DNA of 64,000 nt. Source: Tubulanus polymorphus (lineage: Eukaryota > Animalia > Nemertea). The translations under genes and the position numbers were made by a program. Location of the stretch: the NCBI RefSeq assembly GCF_964204645.1, contig NC_134027.1:7162485-7226484 (forward strand), in the 5' to 3' direction. This document shows, piece by piece, positions 1 through 13,705 of the stretch. Positions within the stretch are counted from its first letter, which is position 1; every line of letters begins with the position of its first letter. Under the pieces are notes generated by a model, which was not told the DNA's origin, made no database searches, and was given only the letters and a program-made list of their open reading frames with translations.

Positions 1-2374
1 TAATTGATTAACTCTAATTAGCCCTCGAAAATTATTATTGACCCTCATAAATAGTAATTATCGCGTAGTAGTAGTTATTATCATGACTCATCGGACTGCG
101 ATATCATACCTGGGCTACACATATGGGAAATGAGTTTTTTCAGGGCTGGTTTAGGAAAAGACACGCCGTTTGTTCATTGCATTGCAAATTTGATAGAGTT
201 TATGATTTGATGTGAGTTAGCACAAACCTAAGCTGAATCAACCTCTTTACCAACGTTCAATATTTTTTCCAAATACGTTACCATAGTAATCGCAGTGAGT
301 ACAATATGCGCACGCAGTAGTTACCTGTAAATAGGATCAGGTAGCAAATTTCCGCCATTAGAAAATACCTTATTTGTTCAACGTAACCGAGCTTTGACAT
401 AAAAGGTACCCTGATTTCTACTGATTACAAGAAGCAGCTATGATGAATGCCATCAAAATGATGAAGGTTGATCATAAAGTCTGACATAAGAGCTTGAGAA
501 AATGGTTGAATTATTGGGAGATAAGGGAAAATAAAATATGAAACACATCAAACCGTTCCAAAACATATATATTTTACTTACAGAATTGTAGTGATCAGAA
601 TAAACATGCTTCATATATGATGCGATTCTTAAATCTTCTCCGAAAACCATATCACTGACTGCTTGGCAGGACCTTTTATATTGGAATAAGCCCTTTCCAC
701 TAAGATGTGAAGGCAATTGAAACCATTGCCTGAATGGAGCTTTTACTATGACAGAAGGTAATTACATGGCCGAAGAATGAGTTTTTCTGACCAAGTCCTA
801 TCATGCAATATATCAGAAACATAATTAATTTCACACTCTACAGATGCATTGTGACGTAGGAAACTAATTGAGTAAAATGAATACCTTTTGTCCATATTTG
901 GACTAGCTAATAAAGTGATGGAGGTACCTCACTCAATGATGTGGAAAACCATTTTAGGATTAATGAGCAAATATTTGCTGTCTGATTCTATTCGAGATTT
1001 TGGAGGAAATGTTTTCGTCTGATTCATTCAGGAATCGGTGCATTCTATAACGTCGCTGATGCCAGACTGCGCGGGATTATGTTGCTTCATTAAACGCGCA
1101 ATAAGCTCTGGAACAATGCGATAACTGTGAGACAATACCAGCCGATGATGGCTGTCAAGTGGCGTAGCTTCCCTGCCATTCAAAGCTGGAATGTGTACAG
1201 CCAATAACTGTTAATCGGTCCTACTCTCTCTCGTAATAACAATGCTCATCAGCGGGAAAAAACACAACATTAAACCACTCTCGTCATTGAGAATCGATTT
1301 TTTTTCATTGAATAATTCATAAAATGAGTCAAACTCTTCCCGATTGTGATATAGTAATGAACGAGATTGAATGAAAAAACATCCATCGAAATTATGACTG
1401 TAAATGTTGATCTTGGATAAATCATCAATCGCGCTCTAGTAGTCATTGGTGAGACACGTAAAGTGCTGCTATTGTCGATGATGATTTTTTCATGAAAAAT
1501 GCCTTTTCTAGCGCATTGCGGCTGAAGCGAAACATTTACTCGCCATTATACTTCAGTCCATCAAGAATCCTTTTCACAATTATGCACCGGTTAATGTGGT
1601 CAGAAAGTCAGCCTGGCCAACCTCAAAACCTTATAATCACGCTACAAGGGGTATATATAATGGGGAAACCTATACTCAGCATCCTATGACTTTCATGCAG
1701 CTCATTAAGAAATCTGAGTTGAGACATGACACGTCGCTGTTGTCGTCACAAAACAACAAGGACCACCTTCCATGTTTTTATGTTAGCTATCGTGGATGCC
1801 TTTGAAAAGAAAATGACACATTGTGGCCACCTGTTGACTCTTGACATATCAGAGCTCATCATGACAATAGAGGGAATATAAAGCAAAGTTATATTCTACA
1901 TGTTCTAGGAACCAAGAGATACTTATCAGTGTCAAGTTGCCTGTTCTAGTGTTAGGTTTTTAGTCACTGATGAAATAAATATATGACTGACATCTTTTTT
2001 ATGTCGAAACCCATATCAGAAATTTGACTTACTAACCAGCAAATGAACTACTGACTCCGATATATGGCATAAGAGTTAAACTCTTCATTTGACAGAGATG
2101 CAAAATGAAAATAGAAACAAACAAGTCTTTGTCTCGCAGGGCACTAGGTTGGTTCACCATCCTATTAACTAACCGCATAAGATACCATCGAAACCAGTTT
2201 CCTGATAAATCAAGTAAAGCAGTTTTACCTGTAATCATTATCACCAATAAACACTGTATGAAACTGGGAGCCATTTAACCTAAACATTGAGCAGATACTG
2301 CGCTATTAAATTGGCTGATAGTGAGTAGGAGTAAATCTTAATAGGAACCTGATTTCCAATTTCAAATACTTCAA

Positions 2375-2659
2375 CAGGGTCTTCACTAGGATTTTCAAAA
2401 GGGGGTCAAAATTAATACAAGTGGAACTCTAAGCCATACTTCGCTCCGTGTCTGAGCGCTGAAGGAAAAAAAGTAACCTTGAATCTTTGAAATTGCTTGA
2501 ATTTCTTAAATACTCTTAATTTTGAAAATACAAAGCTTGAGAAGGGCATTTTCTGAACCTTTTCAGGAAAAATTAAAAAAATTAAAATTTGGAACTAAAA
2601 AATGGGGAATTTGGATTTTGAAAGGGGGTCATCCACACAACCTCTGGAGACATCCATGT
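2375..2659. mobile_element. Degenerate MITE-like element
   Basis: CAGGG...AGGATTTTCAAAAGGGGGTC start, G-runs near both ends, weak terminal inverted similarity, no clear TSD. Confidence 0.3.
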
Positions 2660-2712
2660 TCGATTCATTCCAATTTCGTCAAATAAAACAAAATAATTCA
2701 AAGCATTCTCAC

Positions 2713-2964
2713 CTCGTTATTGATATTACGCGTAGCGGAATCGAGACTGTTTCTGTGACCCTCGCTGCCAGCGTCGTACATCCCTGATATCATTTTCAGC
2801 CGATTACCGGGAACAAGACCTTGCCTTCCACGCAAAGAGCAAAGCCACCATCCATCGATTCCATTATAATCACGTTGTACGACCGTCAAAACTTCACCGC
2901 GACGAAACTCCAGTTCTTCCGGCGTCTCAGCGACATTGTCGTACAGCGCTTTAGCCAAACACGT
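2713..2964 (-). CDS. BCAR1: SH3-domain exon of a Cas-family adaptor (BCAR1/p130Cas/NEDD9-like); the gene continues toward or past the window start
   Basis: Translation TCLAKALYDNVAETPEELEFRRGEVLTVVQRDYNGIDGWWLCSLRGRQGLVPGNRLK is the Cas-type N-terminal SH3. Acceptor ttgtag| at 2965, donor GAG|gtgaga at 2712. Exon is 252 nt, phase 0/0. Confidence 0.9.
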
Positions 2965-4512
2965 CTACAACGATAAGAAGAAATTCGACATCATATAATG
3001 GCGGAAACTAGACAGTTAATCCGCTGGATTAGGGAGGATTTATCGGATTAGTGACCCCTGTAATCAGTGCACAGCGCCGTATCTCAACAATGCACAGATG
3101 AATCAATAATATTGACTATCTCGCAGACTATCAATAATGTTTAGGAAATTGCAGAAGATGAAAAAGATGAGACCGACAAAACTTGCGTCCGGCAGCTGAT
3201 TTCACTATGATCAATGGTCCTATCACGTTTAAAATATGAATGGCCTGCTCATTTGTCTTTCACCCTGGCACCTGAGTTTAGTAAATAAATTCACACTTCG
3301 CATAAGGTTAAAATGAAATGATACCTTGTTTTGTTTTACCTCTTTTGTAAATTGCGGTAGCCTAAAAATTGTTATCAGTTCATTTCGGCAAAGTTGCCTG
3401 GTTCTATTGTTAGCTTGGTCATGATTTTGAAAAAAGTTATGTACAGGGTAGATGGGCGGCTGGCCGGGTCAACTTTTAAGCCCAGCAGAAATGAGAAACA
3501 AGTAATCAATTTTTTTAGCCTAAATTTGAACATGGTTTAGACACGTGTTCTAAACAGAGAGTAATTGATATATTGGAAGACACTTCGAATTGGCATCAAT
3601 TGGCTCATAAAACCTTGATCTCAATTGCCGTCTACAGTCAATATCATCACCATTTTACATCATATGAGTGTAACATTATCAACCTAATTAGTCCAATTAT
3701 CATATTTTATGGCACACGCCACTTTACCCGAGTCATTCAGAGTCATTCAGAATTCAGAGCTTCAACGAGTGAAAGAGTTAATTTTGATGAGTTGATATCC
3801 ATTGATAGTTCATGTTGGCAACCATTCCGATAAGAAACTAGCAACAGAATGTCTGTCCTACAATCAGTTTTTTTTTAGATCTTTATAGATTGAATCGTTG
3901 AATCTTATCAAGAATAGGCTGCTTCCAATCTTGGAATAAATAATGAGATGAGTTGTACTATATAGGTTAACTATTCATTTGACTCACAAGCTTTCGCTAA
4001 TAATGTATAGTAGCTTCATCGGGCTCCAATCTTGGAGTAATAATTTCGGAGTAATATGGTTAGTCCAAGTTCCAATGTTGTCTGTAGGCAACAATGTTTA
4101 ATTCCTCAAAAAAGTACTGGTAGCAGCGGAGATCCCACGATTCATTCACTGATTTTGCAATACGTCATAACTCGCGCTTGGTACAAAATGCGGGTGGCAA
4201 TTTGTCATAGCTCAATTAAATTCACCTACTGTATACATACAATATGTTTTATCCATTAGCACGTACCATTCTCTAGCTACCTTGATAACCCACCTGAGCA
4301 AAGAATAAACTACATATCATCATCATCGATGTCTATTCATGCTTATTCCATACAACATGCTACATGTACGTATGAATTATTCAAGTCAAACATAACTTAA
4401 TACAAGGTACGTCACACCAGCTATTACAATCTAAATTACTGTCTGTCGATGGGTGTCTTGATAAAAACATGTGGACAATCCACAATTCTCTTCTCAATCA
4501 GCTCAAACTTAC

Positions 4513-4521
4513 CGGTACCAT
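4513..4521 (-). CDS. Candidate alternative first coding exon of the Cas gene (MVP)
   Basis: ATG GTA CCG|gtaagt. Phase 0, in frame with the SH3 exon. Confidence 0.6.
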
Positions 4522-5005
4522 CGTAATGAACAAATATCTAAGAGCCAGCACTGTACCCCGACGGGTAGTACCATAGGAGTGCTCAGTCCACTCCAACTAT
4601 ACTCTATCGAGTGTCTGTAGCAAATATATATATATATATATGAAATAGCTACCCAAGTCATATATTATACTCTATGGCCAGTATAAATACTACAGTGCAA
4701 ATATTTCCCCAGCGGTGGAATGTGTTGGATGTTTTTGTAAAACCAAGCGAATACCACACTCCCCGTTGAATAAATAACCAAAAACTGTTAGGAAAACATC
4801 ATCCAGACCACAAAAACAAAATTGTTACATAATTCGCTGAGTTACACGGCAGTATATTGGACCGTCCATTAAGATGGGACACCAAGTGGTTGACCTCGCT
4901 AAACATAGACGGAAGTAACGGACTACACGAAAATTAGCTCATCCAAACTTGGAACTAGATTATCTCATAGAAAAACAAGAGCCAAGTTAGAGAAATTTTA
5001 CTTAC

Positions 5006-5017
5006 ATAAATCAACAT
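5006..5017 (-). CDS. Candidate alternative first coding exon of the Cas gene (MLIY)
   Basis: ATG TTG ATT TAT|gtaagt, phase 0. Confidence 0.45.
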
Positions 5018-5328
5018 CTCGAAATTCAAAAAACCATTACAGCTAGCTACGTTCCTTTTCTAGTACAAATGAATATTGAATGAAAACATTTTACACTGTT
5101 TCTGTCATCGTAATGGAATGGTATTTCTGAGTGCTTCACAGAAGCCAAAGTTCAAAATCACTGTTTCCTAGAAAAGTTATCTCAGCAGAGGATTTCCCCG
5201 TGTTATATCATGGACGTTTATAGAACCATGGTTATATGAATCACAGCATCGCAAATTTAGGCCACGTGATCTGTGTATAATCTAGGAGTAAATATCTCGA
5301 TCAATCGGTAATCTTTGAAAAAACATAC

Positions 5329-5343
5329 CTGCTGAATGACCAT
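5329..5343 (-). CDS. Candidate alternative first coding exon of the Cas gene (MVIQQ)
   Basis: ATG GTC ATT CAG CAG|gtatgt, phase 0. Confidence 0.5.
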
Positions 5344-6120
5344 CACGACGAAAACTCTTAACTGGGCACCAAAAGTGAATGAAATAATTCTCAGGATCTG
5401 TTGAAATCAATAGAAAGTGGCCTTAACTGTGTCGGCAATTTACACTCCACTATTCTCATTCACTGTTTGACATCATTGTTTCATTGTTCGCAGCTCGAAA
5501 TTTGACCAAAGGTGAATTTACTATTCATCGAAACTATGGAAACCTTTTCAAGAAAAAACCTCCTGAAGCAGCGCGGCCGTTAACGAAACCATTGACAAAA
5601 CCTGCGAGCGAAGTAAAATGTGACCCTAAAAGACTCCCTCTGATTCATCAACAAGAAAAAGGAAACTAATGGTATCATATTTAAGCTTGCAAATTAATGA
5701 AGACAAATGTATTATCGACATTGATGCTTTTATTCAAGTGAACAATGGGTGCTTATGTCTTCTGGTTCGGCACTGTTGCAAACATCAGCAAACTGTTTAA
5801 TGACAGTTACAATAAATAGCGATTAGTGTCACTAATTATTGGAAACAATGGGGTCAACTGGTGAACACAACTGCGAACTAGATCAGAATAGCTGCAAAAA
5901 TTAGTCATCAGAATGCAGAAATTGATAGCATTTACCAATGTCCTGGCTTTATCCTGTGTCACATTCAACAAAAATAGGTGAAAGCACCAGTATTTGACTC
6001 AAATTGGCAATCGGTATACTAGAATTCTATGAGGTATACGAGAATATCAAACTTATGCTAGGAACGAGCACAAGATTCAAGAACTTAAAGAAATTTTTCA
6101 AACCAGTCTAAAACACGTAC

Positions 6121-6222
6121 CCCTAGTGGTGAGTAAAGTCGACAATTTCTGACCGGGTATGAATGGTGCTTCCTGCGAGCCTTCAACGCAGCAAAAAACT
6201 TGTTTGTATAAAGCGGCATCAT
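6121..6222 (-). CDS. Candidate alternative first coding exon of the Cas gene (MMPLYTNKFFAALKARRKHHSYPVRNCRLYSPLG)
   Basis: 34 open codons from ATG to GGG|gtacgt, phase 0. Confidence 0.45.
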
Positions 6223-9115
6223 TGAGTTGAATTAACAGAAACACCTGAGACTTAGTCCTTATTTCAATGCAATATCCAAACACTCAACGTAATGTTGAAA
6301 TCTCTCCATCTGTAGATTTAGTCTTTCAGACTATGAGTCCTGAAATCGACTAAAATCCGCAGCCAACTCCTGCAATACAATGACGAACAGAATCCCGTGT
6401 AGTTCATTCACAGATCCATGCCCAAACCACAATTTCAAACACAGATGGTTAGAAAATGTCAACAAGTGCAAAACCTCTAGCGGAAATAGTCACATTTCTA
6501 ACTCCCATTTTCCCATCAGCTCTTCCTGTGTATAACACAATCCAGCTAGATTTGCTACAGTGATTTCTCCATTTACTCCATTCGATCAGTTCCAAATTAG
6601 CAACACTGCACAAATACGGTATTTTGTCTGTATTTGCTCACAATTGCATCAGCCGATGACATCCGCCGTTTCGCAACGATAAAAACCTAAATGAGAGTTC
6701 ACATTAGATACAGAAATCGCATCATCAGATTAAACGCGGACGGTCGGCTGGGCCCTGTCAGTTGTAATCACATGTATGTGTGTCGAAAGTAATTATAGTC
6801 ATCACGCATTCTTAATACGTCAACAAACACCACCGATAAACAATCAAACCTTCACAATCATAAGGAGTCACCTAGTTTCTCCAAGAACGCTAACTTCGAT
6901 GTCAACCATTGGATAGTTTGTGTACATTTCCTCCTCCACTATTATTTTTTTCTTTCTAAAGAAATACTTCCTACCATTGTCCACAAGCTTAACAGAACAG
7001 CTCCATTTTACAACTGCAGTTCATTCAACATATATATCATACATAGCTGATTACAACAGGTGTTGAATGTATATGATAATTATATGAATTCTTAATTAAC
7101 ACTTTCCTGTAGTGACCTACTATGCCCCAATATACCAGTACTGCAGTTATGAATATCTAAGTTATTGATCACAAATTTTTTCAACGTTCATTTACTCGAG
7201 CACACTTGAAATTGTTCGATAATTCACAACAAAAAATTTCAAATTCAAAATGAAATTTCCTAAATAGTGTGAGCAAAGCTAACTGAAACAAAAATTGTCA
7301 TAATTTTGGAGCTTCAAAGCAAATTGTTTTTCATACAGAAAGTTTGGCCTTTACCATGAAAATACTAGGCCTCTTTGTATCCATTATAGCCTTGAGACAA
7401 TCAAAAGACTTTTTAAAAAACGCATTCATAGCCATAACAAATCAACATTCTTGGCCTAGATGAAAACAATAAATGAAGAATTTTTTTCAGGGGCATAAAA
7501 AAACTTTGAATTTAAGTGTGCGCATACGAATATACATGTGTCCAAAATATGTATATATCAACTTGGAAAATACTTGTATGACATTGGACAAGAAAATGCA
7601 TAGTTTCCCATAGAGTGTGATATATGACAAAAACCCATTTATTACATGATAAAGATTTAGTAATTAAATGTAATAATCCGAATAATCTTAGATTGACAAT
7701 TAATTGTATTTTTCCCCGAGATTTTAAATAAGATATCATCTCGGGACTTTGAACTGTAGGATAAGTGCAAGGATCGAAATATTAGCTCTAATACTCTAAG
7801 ACCTTCATCTAACAGTCAAGCATAATATCACCACATGATGTCAACTATGTTTATCATTGTCATCAATACCTGATCAATTTAAGTTGATATATGACAATAA
7901 TGAATGGCGTATGTGGACAGACCACCTCCCGGTTTATACAACAATAATATTTAAACTAATATCATTATTATACATGTACCCACATACATTAATACGAAGT
8001 ATGTGTCCACCCGCGGGTCGCCAAAGGTCAAGAGATGTCCTTATTAAGTGCAGAATTTACGGAATTATGTACGGTAATATTGCAATGTTCATCTTATTAG
8101 TGACCAGATTAGTGACCTTTTCAAATCGGTAACAGGTAAAAATCCCCCATAGGTAAAAAAAAACCCAAATTTGATTTCACAGCAATCCAGACGACGAGAC
8201 AATATCAGCAATCATCTTCTTGACATCATCTTCAGCAGCTCCAATTTTATGGAATATTTTATTTTTAAAGATTAGATTCTGTACTGTTTGATTTAAAAAC
8301 TGAGTTAAAAACATTCCTATTTAGGCAATATCTTAATGGACTGTTTTAAATTTGTTCATTTGTTAACGGCTGAAATGTATTTGGAGCGCAGTGCATGAGA
8401 AATATATATTATCATCATTATACAGAACAGAAATCACCAGAAATGCTTGGAAACTGCTGGTCTTACATCAGAGGAAGTGCAATGAATGGGCCACCAGTAC
8501 ATAAATTCTGACAAAGAAATCTTAATCCATGAATCCGGTAGCGATAGTTTTTCTTCGAAAACCGATTGACACGATCTACCGGTATACCAGTCAGTTGAAT
8601 GAACAGCAGTTTTTAATGGGTCTTTTCTGATCTGAATGTGTATCGGTACGAAAACATTATATTTCGCATCACCATACACAGAATCAATACGAAGCTATGA
8701 CAGCGAAACAACAAACATGTCGAAACCCTTTGGGAGGAATTATATAATTGATATCATACACGCATGATGCGCACGCGTGTGTATGTATATAGGACTAGAA
8801 TGTATAGAGATAAATCTATAGATTATCGATAAAATCCTAACACGAATAGATATTGAATTAAAATTACAACCATTAATCTATAACTCACAAATTTGTGAAT
8901 ACATGATGGTTTATAGATTAAGTACCAACCCTTAAATCCAGATCAGTTTGATCCAAATTTTCATCTAATCTGGATATATGAAAACGTTTCTTACGAACTT
9001 AGCAGTGCATAAACTAAACAGTGGATTCTACTAAAAAATCTCTTTTCTCGTTAAGAATCGAAAACGTACAGGCTACTTGAAAAAAGCAGTTCCACCAGTA
9101 AGGTATATATCTTAC

Positions 9116-9127
9116 CTGCATCCACAT
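9116..9127 (-). CDS. Candidate alternative first coding exon of the Cas gene (MWMQ)
   Basis: ATG TGG ATG CAG|gtaaga. Strong donor, phase 0. Resembles the short 4-residue starts of vertebrate Cas proteins. Confidence 0.65.
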
Positions 9128-10337
9128 GATGACCAATTGATTGTTATTTCATGAGAAGCAACATATACTCGAACAAATGACGAAACCAATATCGTCGTAT
9201 TTTATCTTCAATCGTGCATGTTTATATGCTTATTTCCCAGTGGTCTGTCATGTAGATGCGAAATGTTAACATTCGAAGTGAAGTTTCGTTTCGAAAACGC
9301 ATTCAAATGGCATCACAAATCCACATAAGTCTCGTAGCACGAAGTTTATTATAGGTCCAGCGAAATGAAGTCGATTCAGGCTTACAACGTACAACATGCA
9401 TCTTCTACAACAATGCTACCACAGTGACGGCTGGTTTTTGGAAAAAGAAAACGTAACATTCTCGCCGAAGATAACGCCACGCGTTACGACTGGGAGAACG
9501 TGGAGAAGAGAATGTTAGTTTCCACGCAACAACATCAATATTATTCTAACACCTGATTAGACAATTCTGTCTACAGAGAGAGAGGTATTCTGGTCTTAAA
9601 AACAAAAAATCATTCCACCTCTTAGTAAAACAATATAAAGCTATCCACTCTGGTTTAAACCTATCCACTCTGGTCGTATATTCCAAAAACCAATTGATAG
9701 TATTCCAAATATCCACTCAGCATCATAAGTGACAAGAAGTCACCATCATCCTAAATATCCCTTCGTAAATATGTCTATAAAAATCCATCAGAGCAGTATG
9801 AAATATTGAAATAAATATTCAGAACATCGAATATATTATATATAAGATTCAAGTTCAGACTTATAGTAGTTGAACTTAAATAGTACAATGAAATTCAATT
9901 GATTTAACCATAACTCCTACATTGTCATTTTTAGAAACAATTCACGTAGAGTCGTAAAGTTTCACCATATAACCCCGTGTGAGGTCAACCGTAACATTTC
10001 CAAAAATACGCATACGGATTTCTGAAATTCTTTAATTCATAGATTCTATACTTGACTGGCTCAGATTCGAACTATCAGAGCAAGCACGCGCCTAAGCGCT
10101 TATATATATATATATATATGCTGTTATGGTTGTTTAGACAAATTTATTACACCTGCCAAGAATGGTTCGAATGGCGGTTCTGATAAAATGCGTGTAACTG
10201 CAATAACAATTTTATCAGGTGGTGCTGTGCAAGATCAAGATTATTTTTTGAACATGATATGATTCCTTTCAATTAAAATCTAACTATTACATAAATAACA
10301 GCGATAGGTACACTGCTCCTTAAACCTGTGTACTTAC

Positions 10338-10394
10338 CCGATAAAAGTTGCCAGGATATGTCACATTCAAATCCATTCTAATATCCAGAGTCAT
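10338..10394 (-). CDS. Candidate alternative first coding exon of the Cas gene (MTLDIRMDLNVTYPGNFYR)
   Basis: 19 codons ending CGG|gtaagt, phase 0. Possible acceptor tttgcag| at 10461. Confidence 0.55.
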
Positions 10395-11110
10395 CGAGGT
10401 GAAAATTTCATTCGAAAATTTCAATCCATCCTAAAAGTCGATTCATACATGATTTATCACCTGCAAATATATGAATGCATTGATATATTCAAAGATGAAT
10501 TAATTGAAACCTTTTTCAAAATTTCATAGTAATCCCAATGTATTCCCAATTCATCAAAATCTAATCTAGATTTTGAACAGTGTTATTGAAGCTAGATAGC
10601 AAAATACATACACGTATTATATGGACGTATACAAACTTAAAGCAATGTCGAAACTCTGAGATAAAAATAAAAAACCTCAGGCTGAAATACCGGTTAACAA
10701 AAATACGATTCATATTTGAATTAGGTACTTTGCTATTTTAGTATCGAGTAAATTCATTGTGTGACACTTAAGTGCGTCATAGAACACAACATACCAAAAG
10801 TTTGCCATATCATTAGCTGCCAGTACACTTCCAAACAAATTCTTACATAAAATTTTTTTGATTGCTTTGTACATTTTGCATTCAAAAGAGGATATGAAAA
10901 ATTACATCCATCTGTGAACCTCAACGAATATCTTAAGAAGTTCCCTACAGAAACAACCTTAGATTTTCATTTCATGCATGAGTGTAGATTTTCACTAATC
11001 TACAACATTTGTGTAAAGTTTTAAATTCTCAGTAAAATTTTTGAATGATTTTCATCAGCTAGAACCTTGAATGGAATTCAATAATCCAACAAAATCAATA
11101 TGACACTTAC

Positions 11111-11158
11111 CAGTATAGGCCTAGATGTAATGTAACCTATTAGTTTGGAAGAAGCCAT
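11111..11158 (-). CDS. Candidate alternative first coding exon of the Cas gene (MASSKLIGYITSRPIL)
   Basis: acATGG context, 16 codons ending CTG|gtaagt, phase 0. Confidence 0.55.
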
Positions 11159-11937
11159 GTCCAATAGGCCTACACGCATTAGTCCTAAATAAGATACTTA
11201 TTGCCAATAGAATTGCAATGCCAAACTTACAGTCAGAGAATACAAAAAAGACAACACATTCCATTTTATCTTTTAACACATTTCTTACAAATCTATCTCA
11301 TGCACACATGCCGCAAGCCATTGTTATTATCTAATGCTGACTCACGTTGCGACACTTTTTCCATCAAGATCTCTATTTCGAGACCAACGCACGGTGCGTG
11401 CATGTCATCAGACTGGATTTATTGTACAAAACGGGTGCCTTTATAGTGGGACAGTTGAATTGGATACCAGTAATGAGTGGAAGATTAAAAATTTCAATTC
11501 ATGCGCACACAATTCTGCACAAACTGATAAAAAGCTTCATTTTAAAGTAAATCGATGTTGGGTAATCTATTGTAAGAATTGTAAAGGCACACCCTTTTCG
11601 GGCCATTCAGTGATTTCGATTTGCCTCAAGGCAGGCAAAGGACACATATCCACTTCCTTTTTTGAAGAGAAGTAGACATAGTAGTAGTGAAGATAAAAAT
11701 CTTAATCAGCAAAGAGGTGTAAGAATAGAACCTAGGGCTAGGCCTCGGTCAATTTTAATTCTAGTTCTTTTAATTTACACTCGGATTTCTTTGGGTAATG
11801 GCATTTGTCGGGTGTTCTCATAATCACTGAATCACTGATGCTGGTGCCATAGTGTGGTTGGTGGTGCATGCCACACACAGACAGAGCCAGCAGCAGGCAC
11901 AAGTGAGTTATACTGCCTGGTCAGCCTGTGCCATGGC

Positions 11938-11961
11938 TGTGTGTGTGTGTGTGTGTGTGTG
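11938..11961. repeat. (TG)n microsatellite inside a GC-richer segment (~11830-12080)
   Basis: Directly visible dinucleotide run. Confidence 0.95.
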
Positions 11962-12202
11962 CTGGGCCGGGTGGGTGAGCCAGGACAGGTTAAGCACTTC
12001 TTCATTTATCACATCAGATTTGTGTCGTGGGCCTACTGCAGCAGTTTACAGCCTCAGAACGGAGTACTGTGATCTTGTTTTGGCAAATACAGACAGTAGA
12101 TGTAGATGTATGTCACCGAGTTTCATAAAGAAATTACCTGTCCATATTTGCCGCGCAACGACCTTCAGCAATTATTTTTGGGTTAGTGTCATACGCTGCT
12201 AG

Positions 12203-12214
12203 TAGGCGGCAGCA
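12203..12214 (+). promoter_or_regulatory. CTCF-like motif TAGGCGGCAGCA ~90 bp upstream of the SETD9 ATG
   Basis: The same 12-mer with C/T at one position recurs at 29986 and 39230, each next to a gene 5' end. Confidence 0.5.
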
Positions 12215-12301
12215 CTTTCCGGGCTGTTGCTCATTCAAGGTTGCGGAGCTTCTATCTGTCAAAAGGGTGACAGTCTGTTCTCGGTATGGTATGGGACTGT
12301 A

Positions 12302-13705
12302 ATGCTTAAGCGTATGTTGAAGAGATGGGCAAGTTACAAATACAGATTTGTACCTTGGTTAGCATTGAATCTAAAGGATAGGTAACAGAGTTCACTACTG
12401 CTAATCAATTGATCTGCTAATTAATTGATTTTAGGCGTAGATGACATGTTTATTGTTTGTTATGACTGACATGTTGATTGTTTAAAAAAATGTCATCTTT
12501 TTCAGACAAATAAGAAATGTACCGAAAGGATCATGCGATAAAGTAATTACCGATGAAGCTGCCCAACAGTGTATGTACAAGCTATTTACAGCATTTGAAA
12601 CTGCCAAGTCCAGATATAGTAGTAATGACCCTGCAATACAATACCAAACGGTACTTAACTTTACTGATTGAAGCTCTTGATACTGTCAGACATGGCCCTA
12701 TGAAATGTTGGAAATCTTATTTCAGAATATGAGAGTGATGAAAGAAAGCCTTGGATTTTGTATTGAGAGGGCAGAAAGTGTTGTGAAAGGTGGTGGGACA
12801 GGTGTTAGAGTTACAGATGGCACAATTCCTGCTTTTACAGTCACCTCACTATACCCAGGTTAACCTTCAGATTCTTCATATTTTAGAAAAGTTACACCTT
12901 GTCTCCAAATAGTTCATTGTATTGACTTTGTTTTAGGGACCGTTTATCATCCATATGAACCAATATTCTTCCAATCCATCAGCAATCCATTTGTATTTCG
13001 ATGCATCGATAGGATGCTTATAGATGGTAATAATAAGGGTTTATCGAAGACCGTTTACAAGTAAGTAACAGCCAAAGCTCATTAAGTCTTACTCTAGCAA
13101 TTTGGACATATTTTCATAATTACAATGGTTTTTCAGGTCTTGCAGCAATAGGGATAGAATCGGTCCATACATGATCAGTGATACCTCCTGGCTTACTAAA
13201 TACCCTCTCAATCCTATGGCTGTAGGGCAATATGTGAATAACCACACAAGAGGTACTACATCACCTTGCTATCTGACCGATTCAAATTTTCCACTTCTAT
13301 AGACATTTTCATAAAGTTCAATATTTCCATGATGATGCAGGATCTTATATTAGAAATGAAGGATAGACACTAAGCTTCTAATTGTGTCATCCGAAGAATC
13401 ATTGCACTCCATCCGTTCTCAATATTTCAGCATATGCGGCTAATGTGGCATACCAAGAGCTGGATATTGATGAAAGCTTTTACTTCAAATTGTGGAAATA
13501 TCTTCCTAATGTATGTTATGGCGTCAATCTCGATCAACCAAGGTCAGTGAGTCTATTCGAGCTCGATAAGTTTTGTAGATCCGCGGTATACTGAAGGTAT
13601 GAAATATTATTTTCTAGGCAGCTGAGAGTGGTGGTTCTGGTATCTCTGAGGGACATCCACAAAGGTGAAGAATTATTCTCGTCCTATTATACATTAGTAA
13701 GGTGA
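12302..13705 (+). CDS. SETD9: SET domain-containing protein 9; 7 coding exons (~12302-12381, 12506-12650, 12726-12858, 12937-13060, 13137-13252, 13430-13541, 13618-13705)
   Basis: Spliced translation: MLKRMLKRWASYKYRFVPWLALN...PYEPIFFQSISNPFVFRCID...NPMAVGQYVNN...AANVAYQELD...LRVVVLVSLRDIHKGEELFSSYYTLVR*. These are SETD9 motifs. Largely missed by the ORF track. Confidence 0.92.

Noticed and set aside
6871-6909. ATG-initiated exon MVDIEVSVLGET..|gtgact as another Cas first exon
   Set aside because: Phase 2 donor, not in frame with the SH3 exon.
4267-6977. Single-codon ATG|GT exons at 4267-4269 and 6975-6977
   Set aside because: In phase, but ATGGTA is too likely by chance to support without transcript data.
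11201-12202. Overlapping 67-116 aa ORFs on the + strand
   Set aside because: No recognisable domains or splice structure; the longest runs through a (TG)n microsatellite.
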